Origin: Gemmatimonadales bacterium
GTDB lineage: Bacteria; Gemmatimonadota; Gemmatimonadetes; Gemmatimonadales; JACORV01
Direction of reading: 5' to 3'
Assembly (NCBI GenBank): GCA_035542295.1
Contig: DATKLR010000262.1
Span: forward strand, 1-51,308
Length of the DNA stretch: 51,308 nt
The notes under the pieces are model-generated. The model was given only the letters and a program-made list of their open reading frames with translations, was not told the origin of the DNA and made no database searches. This document shows, piece after piece, positions 42,893 to 51,308 of this stretch (its first letter is position 1; each line of letters begins with the position of its first letter). Both the position numbers and the translations under genes were made by a program.

Positions 42893-44206
42893 TTAGCTCT
42901 GCCTCGCCCAGCGGACCAGCTCCGCTATCCCCGGCCGCTTCCCGTACATCAGAATGCCGACCCGGTAGATCCGGGCCGCCACCCAGACCACGGCCACCAC
43001 CGTCACGACCAGAATGGCCAGCGACATCGCCACTTCCCCGGCTGGCACGTCGGACGCCGCCGCCCGGATCGGCATGATGATCGGCGACCAGAACGGCACC
43101 AGCCCCATCACGCTCGACAGGCTCCCGGCCGGGTCGTTCAGCACCGCCGGGAAGACCAGGATCCCGGGGATGAGGAGCATCACCACCGGCATCTGTGCCT
43201 GCTGCGCCTCCGAGTCGGTGGATACGATCGCGCCGACCACCGCGAACATCGCCGAGTACAGGAGATAGCCGAGCAGGAAGTAGGCGAGCACCAGGACGAC
43301 CAGACCGCTCGCAATGGCGGGGAGCTGGATCGCTGCCGCCTGCTCCGCCGGCACCTTGAACGCGGCGAAGACCACCCCCCGGTAGCGGATCAACGCGGCG
43401 GCCGCCACCCCCCAGACGCCCATCTGCACCAGCCCCACTCCGCCCACACCCACCACCTTGCCGAGCAGCAGCTGGAACGGCCGCAGGCTGGAGACGAGCA
43501 CCTCGATGATCCGCGTCTGCTTCTCCTCCAGCACGCTGCGCATCACGTTCACGCTGTAGAGGAAGATCGCCATGTACATGACGAAGCCGATCACATAGGC
43601 GAGGAAGAAGGTGGCGGCACCCGTTTCTCCCGTCGCCCCCCGCTTCGTGATCCGCAATGTGGTGACTGAGATGCGCGCCTGGGACTCCTGCACCACGCCG
43701 GGATCCACCCCTCGCTGGGTGAGTCGCTCCATCATCACCGCCTGGCGCGCCGCCGCCTGCAGCAGCGCCATGTCCCGGATCGAGGAGACGTTCTGCCCCC
43801 GGTACTCCAGCTTCCCCGATTCGAGCGTCGCCCCCGACACCACGAGAAACCCGTCGATGGCCTTCGCCTGCACCCGCTCGGTGAGCGCCTCCATCGCCGC
43901 AGCGGCCCCGCTCTCGGACGTGGTGACCCGATCCACCCGGAACTGGTTGCCCGTCTCGAGCTGCGTGACCAGCCGGTCGGCCAGGGTCCCGCTCCCCGCA
44001 TCCAGCAGCCCGATGTGCCGCGCGCCGCCGCCGGACCCCGCCAGCACCGCGGGCAGCACCGTCACGACGATCATGAAGACCGGGCCGAGGATGGTCGAGA
44101 TCAGGAACCACTTGCTGCGTACGCGCTCGACGAACTCGCGCCGGATCACCGCCCAGACCTTATCCACGCGCCACCTCCCCGCGGCGGGGCTCAGCGCCTG
44201 CGGCAC
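42893..44206 (-). CDS. ABC-2-type transporter permease (NatB-like)
   Basis: N-terminal TM segment, a large loop, then 5-6 C-terminal TM segments. It follows a NatA-like ATPase. The start may instead be the GTG at 44167 (8-nt overlap with the ATPase). Confidence 0.8.
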   Translation of the reverse strand: MPQALSPAAGRWRVDKVWAVIRREFVERVRSKWFLISTILGPVFMIVVTVLPAVLAGSGGGARHIGLLDAGSGTLADRLVTQLETGNQFRVDRVTTSESGAAAAMEALTERVQAKAIDGFLVVSGATLESGKLEYRGQNVSSIRDMALLQAAARQAVMMERLTQRGVDPGVVQESQARISVTTLRITKRGATGETGAATFFLAYVIGFVMYMAIFLYSVNVMRSVLEEKQTRIIEVLVSSLRPFQLLLGKVVGVGGVGLVQMGVWGVAAAALIRYRGVVFAAFKVPAEQAAAIQLPAIASGLVVLVLAYFLLGYLLYSAMFAVVGAIVSTDSEAQQAQMPVVMLLIPGILVFPAVLNDPAGSLSSVMGLVPFWSPIIMPIRAAASDVPAGEVAMSLAILVVTVVAVVWVAARIYRVGILMYGKRPGIAELVRWARQS

Positions 44207-45119
44207 CGACTTTGTCCAGGAAGATGCGGTTCAACGACGGCTCGATGTGCTCGAAGCGTCTCAGCCGCGCGCCCGCCCGCACCAGCCGCTCCAGCAGCTG
44301 CTGCGGCTCCACGCCGTCGGCGAGCGCCAGCTCCGCGTAGCCGCCGTAGTCGTCGGCCTTGGCGACCATGCTCGGGTCGCCGATGATCGGCACGGCCGCC
44401 TCACCGCCGTCGTCGAACGCCACCGCCACGTGGGTTCCCCCGTGCACCCGCTTTACCTCCGCCAGGGCCCCGTCCAGCACCTTCCTCCCCTGCGCGATGA
44501 TGCAGACGTGGTCGCAGATCCGCTCCGCCACGTCCATCTGGTGAGTCGAGAAGATGATCGTCGTGCCGGCGCGGGAGAGTTGCACGATCACGTCCTTGAT
44601 GGCCTGGGTGTTGATCGGATCGAGCCCGGCGAATGGCTCGTCGAGGATCAGCAGCGCAGGCTCATGCAGCATCGTCGCGATGAACTGCACCTTCTGCTGC
44701 ATCCCCTTCGAGAGCTCCTCCACCTTCTTCATCTGCCACTCGCCCAGCTCGAGGCGCGCCAGCCATTCTCCGGCCTTCCGCCGCGCCACGTCGCGCGACA
44801 CGCCCTTGGCCTCGGCGAGGAAGACCAGGGTGTCGAGCACCCGCATCTTGCGGTAGAGGCCCCGCTCCTCGGGGAGGTATCCGATCTCGGCGCTGTGCTC
44901 CCGGCCGCCGCGGGCGTCGCCGAACAGCCGCACCGTGCCCTCATCCGGGATGATGATGTCCATCAACATCCGGATCGTGGTCGTCTTGCCGGCGCCGTTG
45001 GGCCCGAGCAGGCCGTACACGGCGCCACGCGGGACCGACAGCGCCAGGCCGGATACAGCCGCGAAGTCTCCAAAGCGCTTCGTGATGCCGTCGACTTGAA
45101 CGATGGGCTCGCTGATCAT
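44160..45119 (-). CDS. ABC transporter ATP-binding protein (NatA-like)
   Basis: Walker A GPNGAGKTT, signature LSKGMQQK and Walker B LLILDEP. Its ATG overlaps the DJ-1 stop (ATGA at 45116-45119). Confidence 0.9.
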   Translation of the reverse strand: MISEPIVQVDGITKRFGDFAAVSGLALSVPRGAVYGLLGPNGAGKTTTIRMLMDIIIPDEGTVRLFGDARGGREHSAEIGYLPEERGLYRKMRVLDTLVFLAEAKGVSRDVARRKAGEWLARLELGEWQMKKVEELSKGMQQKVQFIATMLHEPALLILDEPFAGLDPINTQAIKDVIVQLSRAGTTIIFSTHQMDVAERICDHVCIIAQGRKVLDGALAEVKRVHGGTHVAVAFDDGGEAAVPIIGDPSMVAKADDYGGYAELALADGVEPQQLLERLVRAGARLRRFEHIEPSLNRIFLDKVGAAGAEPRRGEVARG

Positions 45120-45637
45120 GGGCCTCTGAGGTGTGTGAGGAGCGCTTCGCCGAAGGCGAGCGCGGCCTCGGGTCCGCTGGCCGTGACGACCGGTCCATCC
45201 ACGACCACCGGGTCCCCTACGTACGTCGCTCCAGCTTTCTTCAGCTCGAGGAGCGCGCGCGGCACCGGGTACGCCGTGGCACGCCGGCCCTTGAGCACGC
45301 CCGCCCGGGCCAGCACGGCTCCCGAGAGGCAGATCGCGCCCACCGGCTTGCCGGCGGCATGAAACGCCTGCACCAGCGCCAGGAGCGGCGCGCTGTCCCA
45401 GAGGTGTGCCGGCGACCCGGCTCCTCCAGCAATGGCCAGGGCGTCATACTGCGCGGCGTCCGCCTGCCGCACGGTGCAGTCGATCGCGACCGTGGCCCCG
45501 AGCATCCCCCGGGCCGTGCCCCGCCGCGTCGACGCCACGCTCACCGCGACGCCGCCTTGCTCAAGCGCGCGCTTCGGCTCAAGCAGCTCCTCGTCGCGGA
45601 AGCGCTCGGGAGCAACGACGAACAGAAGCTTCGACGT
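45116..45637 (-). CDS. DJ-1/PfpI-family protein; conserved N-terminus lacks a canonical start codon
   Basis: GKPVGAICLSGAVLARAGVLKGRRATAYP is the nucleophile elbow. The frame stays open upstream of the first GTG (45544) and encodes the expected first beta-strand KLLFVVAPERFRDEELLEPKRALEQGG. GGAGG at 45648-45644 lies 6 nt before the ACG at 45637. The minimal canonical-start model is 45116-45544. Confidence 0.6.
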   Translation of the reverse strand, partial: TSKLLFVVAPERFRDEELLEPKRALEQGGVAVSVASTRRGTARGMLGATVAIDCTVRQADAAQYDALAIAGGAGSPAHLWDSAPLLALVQAFHAAGKPVGAICLSGAVLARAGVLKGRRATAYPVPRALLELKKAGATYVGDPVVVDGPVVTASGPEAALAFGEALLTHLRGP

Positions 45638-45706
45638 GGAACGCCTCCGGAACCGGAGACGGAGAATAACCGTGCGCGCGCCGGCGGGCGAGCGATGGCG
45701 CGCGGG

Positions 45707-46153
45707 TCAGCGGCTGTTCTTGGTGCCTTCCTCGAGCGCGTTCCAGCCCAGCAGCGCGCACTTGACGCGCACCGGGAACTTGGCAACGCCCACCAGAGCG
45801 CGCGCCTCGCCGAGCGCCTTGTCGCGGGCGGCCTCGGCCGAGCCGTGCATCATCTCGTTGAACCGGTCGGCCAGCGCGCGGGCCTCGCGGACCGTCTTAC
45901 CCTTGATGAGCTGCGTCATCATGGACGCCGACGCCTGGCTGATCGAGCAGCCGCGACCGGAGAAGCGCACGTCGGCAATGGTGTCGCCAGAGACCACCAG
46001 GTCGAGCTCCAGCTCGTCGCCGCACGACGGGTTGGTCAGCCCGATGCGATGGGTGTGCGGCTCCAGTGTCCCCTTGTTCCGCGGGCGCCGGTAGTGGTCC
46101 AGGATCAACTCCTGGAACAGGTCCTCGAGCGCGCGGTCGGGTTGGTCAGGCAC
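45707..46153 (-). CDS. sufU: SUF-system Fe-S cluster scaffold SufU (NifU/IscU-like)
   Basis: HYRRPRNKG...NPSCGDELELDL...FSGRGCSISQASASMM...CALLGWNAL. Confidence 0.9.
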   Translation of the reverse strand: MPDQPDRALEDLFQELILDHYRRPRNKGTLEPHTHRIGLTNPSCGDELELDLVVSGDTIADVRFSGRGCSISQASASMMTQLIKGKTVREARALADRFNEMMHGSAEAARDKALGEARALVGVAKFPVRVKCALLGWNALEEGTKNSR

Positions 46154-47405
46154 GGGCGAGCCCGAACAGCGTGAGCGCCTTCTGGAGTGCGGCCACCAGC
46201 GCGTCCACGTCCTCCTCCGTGTTGTACACGTAGAACGATGCCCGCGCCGTCGCGCTGACGTTGAGCCGGCGCATGAGCGGCTGCGTGCAGTGGTGCCCCG
46301 CGCGGATCGCCACCCCCTCGTGGTCCAGGATCGTCGCGAGATCGTGGGGATGGATGTCTGCGAGGGTGAACGAGATCACACCTGCGCGCTCGTCCATCGG
46401 GCCGTAGATCGTCATCCCCTCGATCGCCGCGAGTTTCCGGAGCGCGTACGCCGCCAGCTCGCGCTCGTGGGCGGCGATCGCCTCCATGCCGAGCCCGCGC
46501 AGATAACCGATCGCGGCGCCCAAACCGATCGCGCCTTCCACGTTCGGCGTGCCCGCCTCGAACTTCTGCGGCAGCGGCGCGTAGGTCGCCGTCGTGTCCC
46601 TGACGACGTTGATCATCTCGCCGCCGCCGTGATAGGGCGGCATCGCGTCCAGCAGCTCCGGCTTGCCGATCACCGCGCCGATGCCCATCGGGGCGAGCAT
46701 CTTGTGGCCGGAGAGGACGTAGAAGTCGCAGTCCAGCGCCTTCACGTCCACCGGCACGTGTGGCGCGCTTTGCGCTCCGTCCACCACGACCACCGCACCC
46801 GCGCCGTGCGCCAACCTGACCAGTTCGGCCACCGGATTGATCGTGCCGAGGGTGTTCGAGACGTGCGTGAACGCGACGACGCTCGGCTCCCGTTCCAGCG
46901 CCCGGCGGAAGTCCGCGAGATCGATACGGCCGTCCGCGGTCAGTTCCACCATCACGATCTCCGCGCCCCTGGCCTGTGCCACCAGCTGCCACGGAATGAG
47001 GTTCGAGTGGTGCTCCATCGCCGTGACGACGATCGTGTCGCCCGGCCTCACGCGCAGCGCGCCCAGCGACGAGGCGATGAGGTTGATTCCCTCGGTCGTC
47101 CCGCGGACGAAGATCACGCCGCTCGGATCCGGGGCGCCGGTGAACGACGCCAGGCTCGCGCGGGCCTCTTCGTACGCGTCGGTGGCGCGGATCGCGAGGT
47201 CGTATCCGCCGCGGTGCACGTTCGCGTTCAGGCCGCCGTAGTACGCCGTGATCGCGTCGATGACCGCCTGCGGCTTCTGTGACGTCGCCGCGGAATCGAG
47301 GTAGACGAGGCGGTGGCCGTTCGACGGCTGCCGCAGGATCGGGAAGTCGTCGCGCACGTCCCGCAGGCGGGGCGTCGGCGCGGCGGCACGGCCGCGGGAG
47401 GGCAT
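46146..47405 (-). CDS. sufS: Cysteine desulfurase SufS
   Basis: Class V aminotransferase, group II desulfurase. Motifs LSGHKMLAPMGIG (PLP Lys) and RAGHHCTQPL (active-site Cys). ATG at 47405 or GTG at 47408; either overlaps the sufD stop. Confidence 0.9.
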   Translation of the reverse strand: MPSRGRAAAPTPRLRDVRDDFPILRQPSNGHRLVYLDSAATSQKPQAVIDAITAYYGGLNANVHRGGYDLAIRATDAYEEARASLASFTGAPDPSGVIFVRGTTEGINLIASSLGALRVRPGDTIVVTAMEHHSNLIPWQLVAQARGAEIVMVELTADGRIDLADFRRALEREPSVVAFTHVSNTLGTINPVAELVRLAHGAGAVVVVDGAQSAPHVPVDVKALDCDFYVLSGHKMLAPMGIGAVIGKPELLDAMPPYHGGGEMINVVRDTTATYAPLPQKFEAGTPNVEGAIGLGAAIGYLRGLGMEAIAAHERELAAYALRKLAAIEGMTIYGPMDERAGVISFTLADIHPHDLATILDHEGVAIRAGHHCTQPLMRRLNVSATARASFYVYNTEEDVDALVAALQKALTLFGLARA

Positions 47406-48760
47406 CACAAAGTTGCTCCTCGATCGATCGGGGGCTCCAGCGCGCCGTGCACCAGGCGGTCGAGCGCGTCACGTACCAGCGGGTGCCGCAGGCGGCCCAG
47501 GATCTCGGCGCCGAAGCCGTAGGTCATCAGCGAGCGCGCCTGTTCCGGAGAGAGGCCGCGGCTCCTGAGATAGAACACCTCTTTCTCGTCGAGGGGACCC
47601 AGCGTCGCGCCGTGGGTGCACTTCACGTCGTCGGCGTAGATCTCGAGCTGCGGCTGGCTGTCGGCCCGCGCCTGCTCGGAGAGCACCAGGTTGTGGTTGG
47701 TCTGCTTCGAGTCGGTGCGCTGCGCGCCGGGCCGGACGATGATGCGCCCGTTGAACACTCCGCGCCCGGCGTCGGCGAGGACGCCGTTGAAGTACTCGTG
47801 ACTCTGGCAGTCGGGCTTGGCGTGGTCGATCACCGTGTGATGGTCGGCGTGCCGCGTCCCGTCCAGGAGATAGAGCCCGTTCAGGACCAGCTCCGCGCCG
47901 GGACCGTCCAGCACCGAGACGATGTCGTGGCGCGCCAGAGCGGCGCCGAGGACGATCGGATGAACGCGCAGCACGCTGTTCCGCCCCTGCAGCGTGTGCG
48001 TCGTCGCGACGTGGAACGCACTTCGCGCCTCGCGCTGCGGGCGCACCAGCTCGAGGTGGCCCCCGTCCGCGACGACCACTTCCGTCACGGCATTCGTCCA
48101 GTAGGTCCCGTCGTGGAGCGCGGCGTAGCTCTCGATGACCGAGGCGCGGGCGCCGCGCTCCACCACGACCAGGCTGCGCGGATGCGCGACCGTGGGCTTG
48201 GCGCCCGGCGCGGAGAGGAACAGCAACTGCAGCGGTGCGTCGAAGGTCACGCCTTCCGCCACATGCACGAACGCGCCGTCGCGGAGGAACGCGGTGTTGA
48301 GCGCCCCGAACGGGTTGGCGGCGTATGCCGCGTGGCGCGCCAGGTGCCGCTCGAGCAGCTCCGGCTCGCGTTCGAGCGCCACCGCGAGACTGCCGGCACA
48401 CACGCCCCGCGGCAGACCGTCCGCCGACGAGAGCGCCTCCGAGTACCGCCCGTTCACGAACACGAGACGGCAGGCGCTCTCCACCGGAAGGAACAGCGGC
48501 GCCACGCGCTTGGCCGCCGGACCGGCCCGCCGCGCGGGGAGCGCGAACGGCGTCCCGGCAATCGACGCGACGCTGGTGAACCGCCACTCTTCCTGGTGTG
48601 TCGTCGGGAACCCGAGCTCGGCGAACCGCGCCAGGGCTGCCGCCCGGATCTCCTTGAGCCACGGCGGCGCGCCGCCGGCCCCGTTGGCCGCGAACGCGTC
48701 GTACTGCGCGACATACCGCTCGGCCGCGCCGACGGGCCGCTTCATCCGGCTCGCTGCCAT
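47405..48760 (-). CDS. sufD: Fe-S cluster assembly protein SufD
   Basis: Beta-helix SufB/D family with C-terminal QLEIYADDVKCTHGATLGPLDEKEVFYLRSRGL. Located between sufC and sufS. Confidence 0.9.
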   Translation of the reverse strand: MAASRMKRPVGAAERYVAQYDAFAANGAGGAPPWLKEIRAAALARFAELGFPTTHQEEWRFTSVASIAGTPFALPARRAGPAAKRVAPLFLPVESACRLVFVNGRYSEALSSADGLPRGVCAGSLAVALEREPELLERHLARHAAYAANPFGALNTAFLRDGAFVHVAEGVTFDAPLQLLFLSAPGAKPTVAHPRSLVVVERGARASVIESYAALHDGTYWTNAVTEVVVADGGHLELVRPQREARSAFHVATTHTLQGRNSVLRVHPIVLGAALARHDIVSVLDGPGAELVLNGLYLLDGTRHADHHTVIDHAKPDCQSHEYFNGVLADAGRGVFNGRIIVRPGAQRTDSKQTNHNLVLSEQARADSQPQLEIYADDVKCTHGATLGPLDEKEVFYLRSRGLSPEQARSLMTYGFGAEILGRLRHPLVRDALDRLVHGALEPPIDRGATL

Positions 48761-48764
48761 GGCC

Positions 48765-49517
<753 letters not shown>

Positions 49518-49522
49518 ACGCG

Positions 49523-50956
49523 TTATCCGACGCTGCCTTCGAGGCTGATGCCGAGAAGGCGCTGGGCCTCGACGGCGAACTCCATCGGCAGCTCGCGGAA
49601 GACCTCCTTGCAGAATCCGTTCACGATCATGGACGTCGCGTCCTCCGCCGACAGTCCCCGCTGGCGGCAGTAGAAGATCTGGTCCTCCCCGATCTTCGAG
49701 GTGGACGCCTCGTGCTCCATGATCGCCGTGCTGTTGCGCACGTCGATGTAGGGGAACGTGTGCGCCCCGCACTGATCGCCGATCAGCATCGAGTCGCATT
49801 GCGAGTAGTTCCGCGCCCCCGTTGCCCCCTTCAGGATCTTCACCAGCCCGCGGTACGTGTTCTGCCCATGCCCCGCCGAGATGCCCTTGGACACGATCGT
49901 GCTGCGCGTGTTCTTTCCGATGTGGATCATCTTGGTCCCGGTGTCCGCCTGCTGGCGGTTGGCGGTCACCGCGACCGAGTAGAACTCCCCGATCGAATTG
50001 TCGCCCTGAAGAATGCAGCCGGGGTACTTCCAGGTGATCGCCGAGCCGGTCTCCACCTGGGTCCATGAAATCTTCGAGTTCTTCCCCGCGCACTTCCCGC
50101 GCTTCGTCACGAAGTTGTAGATGCCGCCGCGCCCCTGCTCGTCCCCGGGATACCAGTTCTGCACCGTCGAGTACTTGATCTGGGCGTCGTCGAGCGCCAC
50201 CAGCTCGACCACCGCCGCGTGGAGCTGGTTCGCGTCCCGCATCGGCGCCGAGCAGCCCTCGAGGTAGCTGACGTAGCTGCCCTCGTCCGCCACGATCAGC
50301 GTCCGCTCGAACTGGCCCGACGCCGCCGCGTTGATTCGGAAGTAGGTGGACAGCTCCAGCGGACAACGCACGCCCTTGGGGATGTACGCGAACGACCCGT
50401 CGCTGAAGACCGCCGAGTTCAGGGCCGCGAAGAAGTTGTCGTTGGTCGGCACCACGGAGCCGAGGTAGCGCCGGACCAGCTCCGGGTGCTCGCGCACCGC
50501 CTCGGAGAACGGACAGAAGATGATGCCGTGCTGCGCCAGCGTCTCCTTGAACGTGGTCGCCACCGATACGCTGTCGAACACCGCGTCCACCGCGACGCCG
50601 GCCAGCCGCTTCTGCTCGGCGAGCGGAATCCCCAGCTTCTCGAACGTCTCGAGCAGCTTCGGATCCACCTGCTCCAGGCTGTCCAAGGACTTCGCCTGCC
50701 TGGGGGCAGCGTAATAGACGATGGACTGGTAGTCGATCGGCGGATGCTTCACGTTCGCCCAGGTCGGCTCCCGCATCGTCACCCAGTGCCGGAACGCCTT
50801 GAGCCGCCACTCCAGCATGAACTCGGGCTCGCCCTTCTTCGCCGAGATCACGCGAATGACATCCTCGTTCAGACCGGCGGGGACGTCGTCCGACTCGATA
50901 TCGGTGACGAAGCCGTACTTGTACGGCTGCAGAACCTGCGATTCGATGGACGTCAT
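49523..50956 (-). CDS. sufB: Fe-S cluster assembly protein SufB
   Basis: Highly conserved SufB sequence ([21 protein letters not shown]...[21 protein letters not shown]). Confidence 0.95.
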   Translation of the reverse strand: MTSIESQVLQPYKYGFVTDIESDDVPAGLNEDVIRVISAKKGEPEFMLEWRLKAFRHWVTMREPTWANVKHPPIDYQSIVYYAAPRQAKSLDSLEQVDPKLLETFEKLGIPLAEQKRLAGVAVDAVFDSVSVATTFKETLAQHGIIFCPFSEAVREHPELVRRYLGSVVPTNDNFFAALNSAVFSDGSFAYIPKGVRCPLELSTYFRINAAASGQFERTLIVADEGSYVSYLEGCSAPMRDANQLHAAVVELVALDDAQIKYSTVQNWYPGDEQGRGGIYNFVTKRGKCAGKNSKISWTQVETGSAITWKYPGCILQGDNSIGEFYSVAVTANRQQADTGTKMIHIGKNTRSTIVSKGISAGHGQNTYRGLVKILKGATGARNYSQCDSMLIGDQCGAHTFPYIDVRNSTAIMEHEASTSKIGEDQIFYCRQRGLSAEDATSMIVNGFCKEVFRELPMEFAVEAQRLLGISLEGSVG

Positions 50957-51308
50957 GCCTGCTCCGGTAGCGCCGGCGCTGCGTCGTCACCCGATGGGCC
51001 GGGCGTGATGGCGTACTCGCACGCGTTCGAGCCCTCAGTGATGTGCGTCCGGCGCTCCACCTGCGACGCCAGCACCTCAGTGAGGAACCGCCGCTCCGCC
51101 GCACACACCTCCGGATACCGCTCAGCCACCGCGCGAATCGCGCAGTTGTGCTCCGCCAGCCGGATCGCGCCGTCCCGGCTGTCCCACTCCGCCATGTACC
51201 CTTCCTCGGTGAGAATCCGCACCAGCCGCTGCAGCCGCACCTCGACCGGCTGGTCGGCCAGCTCCGTCTTCAGCTGATCCGCCCGCGCGCGGAACTGGTC
51301 CGCGAACA
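50953..51308 (-). CDS. sufR: SufR-like transcriptional regulator, 5' partial (runs off window)
   Basis: The frame is open to the window edge ([32 protein letters not shown]...). The C-terminal Cys-containing domain is [24 protein letters not shown]...SNACEY. Its TGA overlaps the sufB ATG (ATGA at 50953-50956). Confidence 0.6.
   Translation of the reverse strand, partial: FADQFRARADQLKTELADQPVEVRLQRLVRILTEEGYMAEWDSRDGAIRLAEHNCAIRAVAERYPEVCAAERRFLTEVLASQVERRTHITEGSNACEYAITPGPSGDDAAPALPEQA

Noticed and set aside
44160-44167. TTATCCAC (8 of 9 match to the DnaA box TTATCCACA) at the natA/natB junction.
   Set aside because: It is a single occurrence inside coding sequence, with no cluster of boxes and no AT-rich unwinding element. 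There is no evidence for an origin here.

Overview
Very GC-rich bacterial chromosomal segment. It is densely packed with about 47 protein-coding genes. I found no rRNA, tRNA, CRISPR array, transposase or integrase. Because of the GC content, the six-frame track is full of long Arg/Pro/Ala-rich alternative-frame and antisense ORFs, which I treat as artefacts. Several very long ORFs in the track (1665, 959, 779, 598, 485 and 418 aa) are real genes with spurious out-of-frame N-terminal read-through, so I re-trimmed their starts. The taxon cannot be fixed from one window; the gene content loosely suggests a Gemmatimonadota- or Myxococcota-like organism.

Left part (1-33.5 kb), mixed orientation:
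- an OmpA-family protein, an M14 peptidase, and ArsR with a domain-permuted aconitase-family protein
- two unknown proteins, then TrmB, Hpt and TetR regulators
- lon and a Ser/Thr kinase
- an E1 alpha/beta 2-oxoacid dehydrogenase fusion coupled to a giant membrane/spermidine-synthase/TPR protein
- a flavin reductase, an M61-like peptidase and PfpI
- a fadI-fadJ-proline dehydrogenase-small ORF-DUF1015 operon
- glpD, an MFS transporter, a LOG-family protein and queG

Right part (33.5-51.3 kb): one unbroken minus-strand gene array with many overlapping start/stop junctions. In transcription order it runs sufR-sufBCDSU, DJ-1, natAB-like ABC exporter, two parS sites, parA-parB-M23 peptidase-bactofilin, Nif3, a metallophosphoesterase, and a YtrA-type GntR-ABC operon that ends in two uncharacterised membrane-anchored proteins.

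Most interesting observations:
- duplicated parS-containing repeat modules upstream of parA
- the parAB-M23-bactofilin operon
- the extended YtrA operon, with a perfect 18-bp palindromic operator and two C-x7-C cargo proteins
- a tetR gene bracketed by identical 15-mers with a near-consensus promoter
- a DJ-1 gene whose conserved N-terminus has no canonical start codon
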